A stretch of DNA of 64,000 nt from Octopus sinensis (lineage: Eukaryota), in assembly GCF_006345805.1 (NCBI RefSeq), contig NC_043020.1, positions 30,256,001 through 30,320,000 on the forward strand. Reading direction: 5' to 3'. Positions 12,587-24,909 of this stretch are shown one piece after another. The notes under the pieces were generated by a model, which made no database searches, had not been told where the DNA came from, and worked only from the letters and a program-made list of their open reading frames with translations. Position 1 is the stretch's first letter. Every line of letters begins with the position of its first letter. The translations under genes and the position numbers were made by a program.

Positions 12587-12676
12587 CAAACACACATATA
12601 AGACATACACATATGTATACACACACATACACATACATACATACATACAGACATATGTGTGTAACCCCCTCCATAC

Positions 12677-12708
<32 letters not shown>

Positions 12709-12709
12709 T

Positions 12710-12774
<65 letters not shown>

Positions 12775-13008
12775 TGTATGTGTGTGTGTGTGTATAGATG
12801 ACAAGGAAAGAAGTTGGTGGTTGGGGGAGTTTAGAATAATATCTGTAATATTTGAATGTGGCAAAAGAGAAATAAGAATAAAATACATTATGATGATGAT
12901 GAGGTATTTTGGCAGGCAGCAAAGTTGGGCGACTTCAAGTTTAAATACAAATACACACACACACACACATGTGTGTGTGTTCATGATTAATCATATAGAT
13001 ATAGTCCA

Positions 13009-13169
13009 CAGGCATGGTAGGGTGGTTAAGAAGCTCAGTTTGCAATCTTGTAGCTTCAGGTTCAGTCCCATTGCTCGGCACCTTGAATAAGGGTCTTCTC
13101 CTACGACCCCGGACCAACCAATGCAGTGTGAGTGAATTTGGTAAGCAGAAACTGCATGGAAGCTTGTCA

Positions 13170-13224
<55 letters not shown>

Positions 13225-13690
13225 TGTGGTGTGTGCGTGTGTTCCTTCCCCTAACCACTTGACAACAACAAATGTTGTGTTTCGTTAGTTCACATTATTA
13301 ATTTTAAGGAGAACAGGGCCCAGTTCCCTGGTGTGTATGTTACTCCCTGGATGGGTCTCCAGTCCCGTTGCAGGATTACTCCTTCCTAGCAGCTAAGTAG
13401 ACTGGAGCAACATGAAATCAAGTGTTTTGTTCAAGAAACACACAATGCATCGCCGGGTCCAGGAACCAAAACCACAATCTTACAACCATGAATCCAACAC
13501 GCTAACCACTAAGCCATGTACCTCTACAGTGTTGGTTTGTTTACGTCCCCATAACTGGTAGTTCTGCAAAAGAGGCCAATAGAATACTAGACTTAAAATA
13601 AAAAAGTACTGGGGTCGATTTGTTTGACTAAACCCCTTCAAGACAGTGCCCCAGCATGGCCACGGTCCAGTGACTGAAACAAGTAAAACA
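13009..13690 (+). mobile_element. SINE family A copy interrupted by a family D insertion
   Basis: Head and body at 13009-13270; the body resumes at about 13529 and runs to the tail at 13690. Confidence 0.8.
13290..13528 (-). mobile_element. tRNA-headed SINE family D (GTGTTCTTGAGCAAAACACTT, CCCATCCAGG motifs), nested
   Basis: The reverse complement has the head TGGCTTAGTGGTTAG... and matches 5877-6050, 7690-7800 and 44590-44760. Confidence 0.75.
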
Positions 13691-15009
13691 ACAGCCCTTC
13701 ATACATTAAATGAAAGAAAGCACTCAATGAGTAAATAGACTTTGTTTGCTCATTGAGAGTTTTATACTCATTTCCCAAGCAATTGCTCAGCCAGCACCCT
13801 CTACAGCCATGTCTGAATTGATCACAGCCAAGCTTACATCTCTGCAGCCATGCCTGCATCTATAAAATTTATTTTTAACAAAGAAATGGTTGACAGTAAC
13901 TTTGATGTTCTACTGATGGTCAGTTACAAACAGAGTTATATGCAATTCTTCAGTATAAAATCTTCTTTTAATCTAAATGTGATAAATGTTAATGATATGT
14001 CCCTTAAATGCTATTGCCATCCAGTATTCGTTTTCAGGTGTAAAAATAGTGTGGGTGGCTGATAGTCACAGGTCACCGTCTAGTTCAGGAATAAAAACCA
14101 TAATCTCATGATTGTGAGTGCCACACCCTAACCACTAGGCCATGTGCCCTCGCATGCACAAACACAAAGGTTTACAACTGATTTATTTATACTGTTTCTA
14201 CATATCTAAAATATTAGTTTCTGTCAAACCCTATAACAGGGTGAAAGCACAGTCTCTTTGCTAAAACTTTTACATCTGTTTATATATAAGACTATTCATA
14301 CACACATACATACATATATTGTGTGTATTGAAAAGTTTTTCATATTCACTTGGTCCTTTATATTTAGTTCGGAACAATAACTTTCCTAAGTCCATCTATG
14401 TTTAAAGACCTTCACTACCTCATCAAAACCATGAGGAGGAAATATGAATAATCGTTAATAAAAAAAAAAAGATTAAACTCAAGCAGTCATGTCTTCTATA
14501 TAACATGCCAGGGAAAACACTATTTCATATATATATATACACACACACACACACAAACACTCGCACAAAGTAAATTGTAGTACTAATACTAAAAAATGGC
14601 AATAATAATAATAATAATCTAACGACAACAATAATTTACCATTAAAAATAAAACAAGAGAAACAACAATATAGAATAATTTTTTTAAAGGGAAAAAAAGA
14701 AACACGAAAAGGTGGCAGATGATGATAGGTGGAGGTGAGGAAACGGTGATAGGAATTTTACTGCCAGAAAACTGAAGTCAATTGTTTTGTTGATAAAATA
14801 GAATGAAATAGAATAAAAAACGACTTCTCCCTCGCCACCAGTTAACAGATTTTATTTTATTCGTTGTATTTTTTTAATGTTTTTGGTTTAATTCTTCTCT
14901 CTCTCTCTCTCTCATTTCCTATTTCTTTCTTTCCACCTTTTCCTTAGCTAAGATAAAAATGCAGTAACTTTGAAATGGGTTATTTTAGATCTGACAACCG
15001 ACAGCACAA

Positions 15010-15920
15010 CAGACGGACATAAGTCAGTCGACATTTAAAGAAAGTAGACTTGTCGACTGCCGAACGAAGTCAATAAATAAAATCATTAGAAAATGGATAA
15101 AAAGGTTGGGGATTTTTGTGGGGAAGGCTTTTGTTCAGTTTAGTTTGAAAAGACAAAATACAAGATATGAAGAAATATGTTTTTATGAGGAAGGGAGAGA
15201 GACATTATGTCGGATAGAGTCAGTTGATAGTTGAAGACAATCAACTGGCCAACAACTCATTAAAATCGTTAGAAAATGGGTGAAAAGGTTGGGGTTTATT
15301 GTGGGGAAAGTTTTTCGTTCGGTTTTGTTTTCTGCAAAATACAGGAGCTGAAAGAAATATTTCGGAGAGAGAAAATGGTACAACATGTTGGACATAAGTC
15401 AGTTAATAGTTAAAGACAACCAACTTTCCATCAATTCAATAAAATCATTAGAAAATAGATAAGAAGGTTATTAATTAGTATTTTTTTTTTTTTTGCTGGG
15501 AAACTTTTTTTTAGTTTAATTTTCAGAAATATAGAATGGGAAGGAATATTTGTATCAGAGAGACGACAGACGTTAAGTTGACAGTTAAAGACATTCGACT
15601 GTTGAATAAATCAATCGATAAATATGAGAAAACGACTTTTTTTTTTTGTATAGGATGTGTGAGTGAAGGGAAGGTTATTTTTCTGTGCAAATTAGTTTTG
15701 AAAATACAAGACACGAGGCAATATTTATGTAAAAGAGGGGCAGTGGTCCTACATAATAAGTCAGCTGAGAGAGAGAGAGAGAGTCGACTGTCGAACAAGT
15801 CGAGAAATATCAGGAGAAAATAGATAAAAAATAAGTTTTGGGAAGGGAAAGTGTAACGGGGAAGCTTTATTTTTTAATACAGGATGTGGAGAGATATTTA
15901 TGTAAGATAAATATAAGATA
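15010..15920. repeat. Degenerate tandem array, ~5 units of ~180-195 bp
   Basis: GGACATAAGTCAG-like anchors at 15015, 15212 and 15390, with weaker ones near 15568 and 15755. AAAATCRTTAGAAAATRG-like anchors near 15078, 15262 and 15440, with weaker ones near 15610 and 15805. Confidence 0.8.
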
Positions 15921-16782
15921 AAAATACCCGAAGAGACACTGTGAAACAAGCGTGAAAGATGGCCAACCGAATGGCAGGCAGGCAGGCAGGGAACGGCTGC
16001 AGGGGAGATGAGAGACAAATCACATCCTTCACCCCACCACCCTTTTAAATAAGGAGGGGATGTATTACATAATTTAGTCATAAATTATTCCCCCCCCCCG
16101 CTAAAAAGATGGTATGGTCACGTTTGGAATGTCTTTGACTGTAAGGCTGCTCAATCAGAACTGACCTGGGACTAAGCAACAATAATACCATCACCACCGC
16201 CACTACCCCCCACTACCACTACCAAGGGTGATGCTGTTACAAGATTGTTATGCTAAGGATCGAAACAGAGAATGGGATATGAAGGGAGTCAAAGGTGGGG
16301 TAGTGCCCCAAGAGGGCCCCATGTTACATCAAAGCCAACAACTATCAATGTAGAGCACTGTAGGTATTTGTATGGAAGGGAGGTCACCTAGGATCATTTG
16401 AGATCCTTCCCAATTAGTCCAGACTATTTTACTATGTTCCAACTAATTACTACAGCTTGATGCTTAATTTGCTGAAAGCCTGAGGGAGCAAGGGTCTATA
16501 AGCCCGACACTTGACTTGTTAGAAATAGCAGCCAACTGTTTCCAAAGAACAAAAACAAGGCAAAAGGAACAAACTGAATAATGTATACAAAGATGAACTA
16601 TGGCCAGGAAGACGAGATGGTCATGGTTGGAATGCCATAAAAGATAAATTATCATAGCTTGAGCAGCATTGGCCAAGAGCTTAACAACAACAAAAACAAC
16701 TTCACTTCAGTAAGCAGCAGGTGCATTATGAAATTGCTGAGTGTTTTTTTTAGTGGCCTCTTACTTCATAATGAATTAGACA

Positions 16783-17150
16783 CAGGCATAGCTGTGTGGT
16801 GAAGATGTTTGCTGCCCAACTACAGAGTTTCTGGGTCGGTCAAGTATCTTCTACTACAGCGGTGGGGATGACCAAAGCCTTGTGAGTGGATTTAGTAGAC
16901 GGAAACAGAAAGAAGCCCATTGTGTGCAATATATGTGTGTATCTTTGTTCTCCACTGATGCTTGTAACTGGTGTAGGTTTATTTATGACTTGTGACTTAG
17001 CAGTTCAACAAGCGAGATCAATAGAATAAATACCAGGCTTCAAAGAGGAGAAAAAAAAGAAAAAGTACTGGGGTGAATCCTGTTGACCAAAACCCTCCAA
17101 AGTGGTGCCCCAGCAAGGTTGCAGCAGAATGACTGAAACAAGTAAAAGAT
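16783..17150 (+). mobile_element. SINE family A, antisense to MPND, ending ~30 bp from the splice donor
   Basis: Full head-to-tail match to other copies. Confidence 0.85.
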
Positions 17151-17181
17151 AGAACCCCCAAAACTGAGAAATAATTCTTAC

Positions 17182-17999
17182 CAAGTATTCCAAAGAGAGA
17201 CAACCTCCACCGGACTCAATGACGCCGTCCTTCATCAACATGTTCAGCGTGATGCCACGACCTCGTCCACACCCCGTGCCACCACTGGACATGTTTGCAC
17301 CACTTCCCCTCCCAACACCTCGTGCCGTCGTGCCGCCGGGTGCCATGATCCTTCCGCTACCTTTACTGCCAGGTCGGCTGTTCAAACAATCAATCATCTC
17401 TTGTGATTTGTGATATTTGGACGACAGCAGCTGGTGTTGCCTCTGCTGTTGCTGCAGCAGGGGCTGTTTCAAATAGAGTTTGTGTGGATCAGGTAAAGAC
17501 AATGGCATTTCTATTTTGTTGCTTCTCATCAGATTCCTGTCATGCGATTGTGTTGTAAACCTCATCTTAATGCCATTACCATTCTTATTGTTATTATGAT
17601 TATCATTTTTATTTTTATTATTATTATTATTATTATTGTTGTTGTTGTTGTTGTCGCTGTTCTCCAAAGTGGAGACAAGCATCCGTTTCGGGCTGCTAAC
17701 CCTGTGTGTCTCCTCATCACCCATTTCCTCACTCTCTGCCTCCTCCCTTTCTTCTTCCTCCTCCTCTTCCTCTTCTTCCATTGTTGCTTCTGCTTCTTCC
17801 TCTTCTTCCTCTTCCTCTTCTACTTCTTCTTCCATTTCCTCCTCTACCGCCTCATCAGCCTCACCGATATCTCCGTCCTCTTCGTCTTCTGGTTCGCCGC
17901 TATCATTGATGTTGCTGCAGCTAAAGCTATTGCCGTTCTCTTCCAACGATGGACTCAGTCGATCCATTTCAACATCTTTCAATTTCTCAATGCTGTTTT
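17182..17999 (-). CDS. MPND: MPND-like coding exon: acidic/low-complexity N-terminus plus the start of the RAMA domain (...GRGRGITLNMLMKDGVIESGGGCLSLEYL)
   Basis: Open frame inside track ORF 17005-18075. Acceptor ttattttacAG at 18001-18000; donor TTG|GTAAGA at 17181. The C-terminal peptide resembles the start of the vertebrate MPND RAMA domain as I recall it (RAVTLRVLLKDALLEPGAGVLSIYYL) and splices in frame to the 1335-1189 exon. An in-frame ATG lies at 17967 (MDRLSPS); the true start may be in an upstream exon. Confidence 0.9.
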
Positions 18000-18069
18000 C
18001 TGTAAAATAAAAAGAATTGAAAAAAAAAATGTAATTAGTAAAAATAATAATAATAATGGTTTCACATTT

Positions 18070-18272
18070 TTCCACAAGGGCAGCAATTTTGGTGGGAGGG
18101 GATGAGTTAATTACTTTGACCCCCGATATTCAACTGGTACTTATTTTATCGACCCCCAAAAAGATGAAAGGCTAAGTCAACCTTGGCAGAATTTGAACTC
18201 AGAATGGAGCGATGGGTGAAATACTGCTATTTTGTCCAGCTTGCGAACGATTCTGCCAGCTCACCGCTTTAA
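18070..18272 (-). mobile_element. tRNA-derived SINE family E (GGTYGACTTTGCCTTTCATCCTTT-GGGGTCGATAAA central motif)
   Basis: Head AAAGCGGTGAGCTGGCAGAATCGTT and B-box-like GAGTTCAAATTC on the minus strand. Lies ~70 bp upstream of the MPND acceptor. Confidence 0.82.
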
Positions 18273-19589
18273 TAATAACAACAACAACAACGATAATAAT
18301 ATTCATTTCATAGAGAGATACACAGCCTGAAATTTTAGGGAAAAGAATGGTTGATTCTATTAACCTCAGTACTTGATTGATATTTTATTTTGTAAAGAGG
18401 TGACAGAGATAGGAACAGTTATCAGAGAGAGAGAGAGAGCGAAGAGGATGGGGGGATGAGAGAGAAGGAAGAGAGAGAGAGAGAAGTGAAGAAAGAAGTG
18501 AGAAAAAGTGAAGACATGGCGGAAAGAGAAAGTAAAAAGAAAGAAGAGAATTCAATGTTTTGGACATTTATTACAAAAGCCCAGTGTTTTGGACAGTGAC
18601 TTTTGTCAAGAAAAGAATACTCAATGTTTTGGACAGTGGCTCTTTATCAAGGACAGGGGAAAAGAAAATGAATGAAACAAGGAAATGAATGTGAAATGGA
18701 AAGTTATTCTTAAGTTGAAGTTTCCATGATGGCAAAGACTGGTAGGAAGGAGCAAGACACACACACAGAGGAAGAAAGACACCTAAATAAATACATAGAG
18801 GCACACACAAACATATGAATGTGCATATGTGTGTCTCTCTATATATATGTGTGTATGTATACACAAACACATATGCATACACACATATATATATATGCAT
18901 CCAAAAACAAATACACAGCCAACTTCCCCACCACCACCACCACCCTACCACATGTTGTTGTTGTTATTGTTGCCGTTTCTTTTATTTTTTTCTTATTTTC
19001 GCTTGTTTGTTTCATTTAAGAAATTGTACCAGAATCCATCTAAATGATGAATGACATTAAATTAAGAATAGCTTCCAGAAAATTCCATTAGGAATCATGG
19101 AATAATGAGAAAACCAATTTGTAAATGTGGCAATACTGATGATATAAAATGCAAACTTAAAGAACATGATTAATTAAGTTTTAATATCCAAAACGATCAT
19201 AATTCCAAAGAACTTTACAATTAGACTTATTCCCCGCCCCACACCCCCCACAGTCTGTTTGCTGTTGATTTCTTTAATCATTTTAAAAGCAAATCTTTTT
19301 GAGATAACTCCAAGATTACCAAGGGCTGCTGCTTTTCCCTGGGGTTCTTCCCCACTCCCACTCTGTATTTGTTGTTGTTATATAGCGCCAGTGCTGTCCT
19401 GATCCAGAAGATGAGAACATGATTTATGATCAAAAGCACTCCAGCCGTGAAGGGTTTGGTTGGGAATAGCAGGAACGACATTTTCTATGCATTCTTCCTT
19501 CTTTAAAGACAAAAAAAAAAGCCCTGCTACACTTGGAACCATCCTTGAGTTGGTTCTACAGTTTGAATTGAATCGGGTATCCATCATCA

Positions 19590-19830
19590 TCATCATTGTT
19601 TAATGTCCGTTTTCCGTGCTAGCACGGGTTGGACGGTTCGACTGGGGTCTGGGAAGCCAGGAAGCTGCACCAGGCTCCAGTCTGATCTGGTAGTGTTTCT
19701 AAAGCTGGATGCCCTTCCTAACGCCAACCACTCCATGAGTGTAGTGGGTGCTTTTTATGTGCCAGGAGAGGCTGGCAGCGTCCACGATTGGTTGGTGCTT
19801 TTTACGTGCCACTGCCACAGATGTGTATAT
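19590..19830 (-). mobile_element. SINE family C with (CAT)n tail
   Basis: CATCATCATTGTTTAATGTCCGTTTTCC...GATGCCCTTCCTAACGCCAACC. Confidence 0.82.
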
Positions 19831-20554
19831 ATACATTTGTCTATGCGTGCTTGTATATAAATAGATGTGTTGGTGTAATAATATATGCCTATTTACAATA
19901 AATATCAAAGGGAGACATGCTAGCAGTGGTCAGTGATTGGTCAGATGTGGGCTTTTGTATCAATGAAATCCTGAAAACTAAACATTTACCAAACACCCCT
20001 TCCCCGTCACACACACACACACAGAGGAGGATACTCTGTTTGACCCAGATATAAAGTCACCCCTTGCCTCTCTCAAATACTCCCCACCCGCTTCATTGAT
20101 GAGGGCTCTTTCCCTTTCTTGTTCTTTCCATGGTTTGCAAGTTACCTGGCAACCCCACTATTGCTGGTGACACAAAGAAAGTGCCCAGTACTCAATGTAA
20201 TGTGGTCGGCATTAGAAGGGCCAGGAAGGGCGTGCAGCCATAGAAGCCATTCCAAAGCTGACACTGGAACATGATTCAGCCCTGCGGCTCACTGGATCCT
20301 GTCAAACTGTCCACCCCATGCCAGCATGGAAAGTGGACGTTAAATGAGGATGATGATATACACACACACATGTATTGAGTTCGTGTTAGGAATGACGTCC
20401 ATCCATTGAGACCAGGAGGGAAAAAATGGAGCATTGTTATTTGAAACATCTGTGAGGGCAGAAATTCCAAAGAAAAGCTGACCAGAGCCATGACGTCCGG
20501 TCCAAATAATGCCAGCATCATAATGAGAATGAGATGATAAATATATATATATAT

Positions 20555-20937
20555 TCTTTTATTTGTTTCAGTCATTTGACTGCGGCCATGCTGAAGCACC
20601 ACCTTGAATTGAGCAAATCGACCCCAGGACTTCTTTGTAAGCCTATCGGTCTCTTTTGCTGAACCGCTAAGTTATGGAGATGTAAACACACCAGTATCAG
20701 TTGTCAGGCGATGGAGGGGGGGGGGCAAACACAGACACACAAACTCATACATAAATATATATATATACATAATGGGTTTCTTTCAGTTTCCATCCACCAA
20801 ATCCACTCACAAGGTTTTGGTTGGCTTGAGGCTATAGTAGAAGACACTTGCCCAAGGTGCTACGCAGTGGGACTTAACCTGGAACCATGTGGTTGGTAAG
20901 CAAGCTACTTACCACACAGCCAGTCCTACATATATAT
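20555..20937 (-). mobile_element. SINE family A, near full length
   Basis: Reverse complement of the family consensus from tail to head. Confidence 0.88.
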
Positions 20938-20993
20938 ACATGCACAACTCTGTCTTTTTCTCTTTCTCTCTTACGCATGCACACACACATACA

Positions 20994-21039
<46 letters not shown>

Positions 21040-21922
21040 GGAGTAAACACATAAATGTGAAACAAGGTGGAAAAAAGAGTACTCAAATACCAGTGGTAGA
21101 GTAATATGCTTTTGCTGCTTTAAATAAAGTATATATATATATATGTAGATAGATAGATAAATAGAAAAATATATAAATATACAAATAGATAGATAGATAG
21201 AAAATATAAATAGATAAATATATAAATAGATAGATAGATATTAAGAAAGAAAGGTATGTAGGTACACACAGTGACATACATACACACACACACACATGTT
21301 ATGAACAGTTTAGTAAACAAGAGATAACACATAAAATGTTAACAAAACCAAAAAAATACACACATACACACTAACACAGATACATGCACACACTCCTGTA
21401 TACAAATATCCACAGACCTCTCGACACCCCAACTTCAAACACACATTTTAAACACACACACACATACAGATGGAAACATACACATATATACGCACACAAG
21501 CATGAAAACAAAAGCTAAACAGCTGAAAAAAAAAACAATCAAAAAACAACTCCTCCCCCCCAACCACCACCACACACACCAAAATGGCTGCTTAATTCTA
21601 TTTTTCAAATTAAAAACTATATTTCTGTCCTAATTACTGAGTTAGCTTCTCTTGATAACGGTCATTACAATATTTATGCATTTTAAGTGGAATAAATCAC
21701 ACTCGCAAAATGACAGACGCTATCAAATGCATTCTTCTCATATAAAACATGAGATTATGGCTGCATACCATCGATTTCATTAAGGAATTCAAAAATGGAC
21801 TGCAATACAACAACATGTAATGTATATAATCGGCAAAAACACATACATACATACATACATATATATATTTATTTATAATTATACATACATATATATATAC
21901 ATATATATATTTATTTATAATT

Positions 21923-21975
<53 letters not shown>

Positions 21976-21998
21976 TATATACATATATACACATTGCA

Positions 21999-22039
<41 letters not shown>

Positions 22040-22187
22040 TATATATATATACATATATAATGTATATATGTGTATGTGTGAACATATGTGTTTAAGTGTT
22101 TGAGGTTTTAGTAGGCTTGTGTGTGTGTGTGTGTATAAATACACACACACACATATACACATACAGATACATACACACACACACACA

Positions 22188-22242
<55 letters not shown>

Positions 22243-22329
22243 TCATATGTGTATATATATATATTGTGTGTATTCATACAAACATACACATAGGTATGTG
22301 TGTGCGAGTATAAATACAAGTTTATATAA

Positions 22330-22372
<43 letters not shown>

Positions 22373-23155
22373 CATATACAAATGCATGAGTATGTAAATA
22401 TAAACAAAAACCCATATAACTGTATAGACACACACACACACACACACACAGGCATTCATCCACAAACACACACACACACACACAAACATACAAACAAAAA
22501 TATTTCTTATTCCTACAATGAAAGCCATAAAGATGGTGTAATTTTAGAAAAGGGAAAAAATAAATTACCGCCACCACCACCTCAACCAACACCACCACCA
22601 TCAACAGCAACAACAAGAACAAGAACAACTACGACACTATAAACATAACTATAATTCCAATGCCTGATACTAACAGATTAATTCTGTTTAAAGGTAGATA
22701 GGTAGGTTTGAAGGTAGGAGATGGGGGTGGGGGCGAGGTAGGAGAGAGAAAGGAATACACACACACACACACATACATAAAGATAGAGAAAACGATATAC
22801 ATATATACATACATATATATACACATTCATACATAGATAGAGAGAGTGAGAAAGAGAAAGATAGAGAGAAAGAGGAAATGGGAAAAATGATATATGTATA
22901 TCTGTGTGTGTGTTTATATATAGATGTATGTATGTGTGTGTATACACACACAGGAAGTCAGGTACAGAGAGAGAGAGGGGGAAGAGAGAGAGAGGGAAAG
23001 AGAGAGAGAGAACCAGAGATAAAGACAGAGAGACAATATACGCACACATATAGACACACACTAAGTTAGACACACACACACACACACATACATACACACA
23101 CATATGCACACATATAGACACATACACACTAGGTTAGACAGGTATGGAGATGGAT

Positions 23156-23191
<36 letters not shown>

Positions 23192-24776
23192 TGTGTGTGT
23201 GTGTAAATTGAACCTGCATATCTGATTTTAGTTGATAGCAATGCATTTATGGATGTAAACTGGCTCCAAGCTGTGGCAGTTGATGAGGGGGAGGGGTTGG
23301 AGGCAGATTTTTCTGAAAATATATTTTATTGAATGTATTTCTAGATATTTCTCCACACGGCGGCGGCGGAGGTGGTGGTGGTGGTGGTGGAGGTGATGGT
23401 GGAGGCAGCCAGCATGGTATAAAAGGAAAACATAAAACATACCCCCCTCCCTACCTTTACCCCCACCACCCACCCCCAACAACAACAACAAAAACAAAAA
23501 ATAAATGCCAAAAAAAAAAGGGGGGAAGAAATTTGTAGAAGCAGTTAAGTCTGCCATGAATGCCACTTTACAAATATGTTTACTATATTTAGAGAGCAAA
23601 TTTTTTCTCCATTTAATAAGAAATAAAAATTAAAAGAAAAAAAAAGGAAAGAAATTTAAGGAAGAAAAAAATTTTCTAAATTTCATTTTGAAGGCTTCTT
23701 TCTTATCCAAGATAGAAATCTATAACGGAAAGAACTGCCAAAAATACACAGCACCGTTTATTTGATTTCCATTTTGTTTTATATCATTTAATGCCATTTT
23801 TTTTTTTTGGTGGGTTCAATGAAAATAAACTGAAGGTTTAAAGCGAGATTTACTTGTCTTCAATACTTTGGAAAATGTTGTTGCTTCTGTTGTTGTTGTC
23901 TAACCCCTAAATTAAGCTGTGATCAAGGAGATATGCAATCAAAAATGTTTCAGTCGTGGTTGAACAGGTCTATGGCCAAAGGTACTCCAAATGTGACCAT
24001 CATGACTTCTATTTTTCAGACATTCTGCAGAAGATGGATTGGTAGAATCGATGTTGCATTAAAGAAAATACCTTCTGGCTTTTGTGCTGGTTCTTTACAT
24101 TCTGAATTCAAACTGTGCCAGGGCCAGTTTTTGTCTTCCATCTCTGTGGTGCTGATAAAATAAAATACCAGTCATATACGGGGGTCAATGGTATTGGCTA
24201 CTCCCCCCTTCCCTCAAAATTCCTGGCTTTGTACCTAAATTAGAAACAATTATTTACACCTAACAAATATAGGTACAGGTATGGCTTTGGAGTTAAGAAG
24301 CTTGGGTTCAATCCCACTGCATGGCACCTTGGGCAAGTAACTTTGACTATAGCCCCAGGACAGACTAAAGCCACGTGAGTGGATTTGGCAGATGGAAACT
24401 GAAAGAAACCCATTGTATATGTATGTGTGTGTATGTATATATATATATATATAAATAAAACCTGTCCTTGTATGAAACGATCGTACTAAAAACCTATCCA
24501 TTCTTGTTGCTTCTTTCTCGCGTATATATATATATATATATATATATATGCATATATATATAATTATTGGGGTTTAAGTTCACAGGTGATCTAAACGATT
24601 AGGTACGCTAGGTAAGTGCTGTAACAGATTACTAGGGCTCCAAGGATATAGTTATGGAGCCATTGCAGATTATTTCCGATGCTGTGGATATATAACTGTT
24701 AAAGAAGACAACAAACATTAAGGCAAGGCAAAACATCTCAAGTCATATACAATATTATTATTGGAAGAAAAATCCA

Positions 24777-24834
24777 GAGCCTTACAGCTGTTTCTGGGAT
24801 ATCCCCAAGTATGAGCTATTCCATCACCAGAGAC
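24777..24834 (-). ncRNA. Degenerate hammerhead-like motif in the left arm of the fold-back
   Basis: GTCT-CTGGTGA-TGGAATA...TATCCCA-GAAAC-AGCT-GTA-AGGC. CTGATGA is changed to CTGGTGA. Confidence 0.45.
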
Positions 24835-24852
24835 AAATAGGGAAAAATATTT

Positions 24853-24909
24853 GTTCTCTGATGATGGAATAACCCATACTTGAAGATATCCCAGGAACAG
24901 CTGTAAGGC
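24853..24909 (+). ncRNA. Degenerate hammerhead-like motif in the right arm of the fold-back
   Basis: TTCT-CTGATGA-TGGAATA...TATCCCA-GGAAC-AGCT-GTA-AGG. GAAAC is changed to GGAAC. Confidence 0.45.

Larger units (their letters stand above)
1336..17181 (-). other. MPND: Phase-0 GT-AG intron of MPND, 15,846 bp
   Basis: Canonical splice sites at both ends. Joining gives a continuous reading LSLEYL|GKKF. Confidence 0.88.

Noticed and set aside
12307-12984. 225 aa ORF and many similar track ORFs (e.g. 1863-2528, 25521-26144, 45552-46280, 53088-53669, 56200-56910, 56778-57359)
   Set aside because: They are translations of microsatellites (YIYI, THTH, CVCV, SLSL, ERER) and SINE pieces, with no domain signal or splice support.
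17005-18075. Track ORF taken as a single-exon 356 aa gene
   Set aside because: Its ends run into intron and SINE sequence. The homologous part is bounded by splice sites at 17999 and 17182.
17542-18105. Plus-strand ORFs of 187, 124, 67 and 64 aa overlapping the MPND exon
   Set aside because: These are antisense shadows of in-frame trinucleotide repeats.
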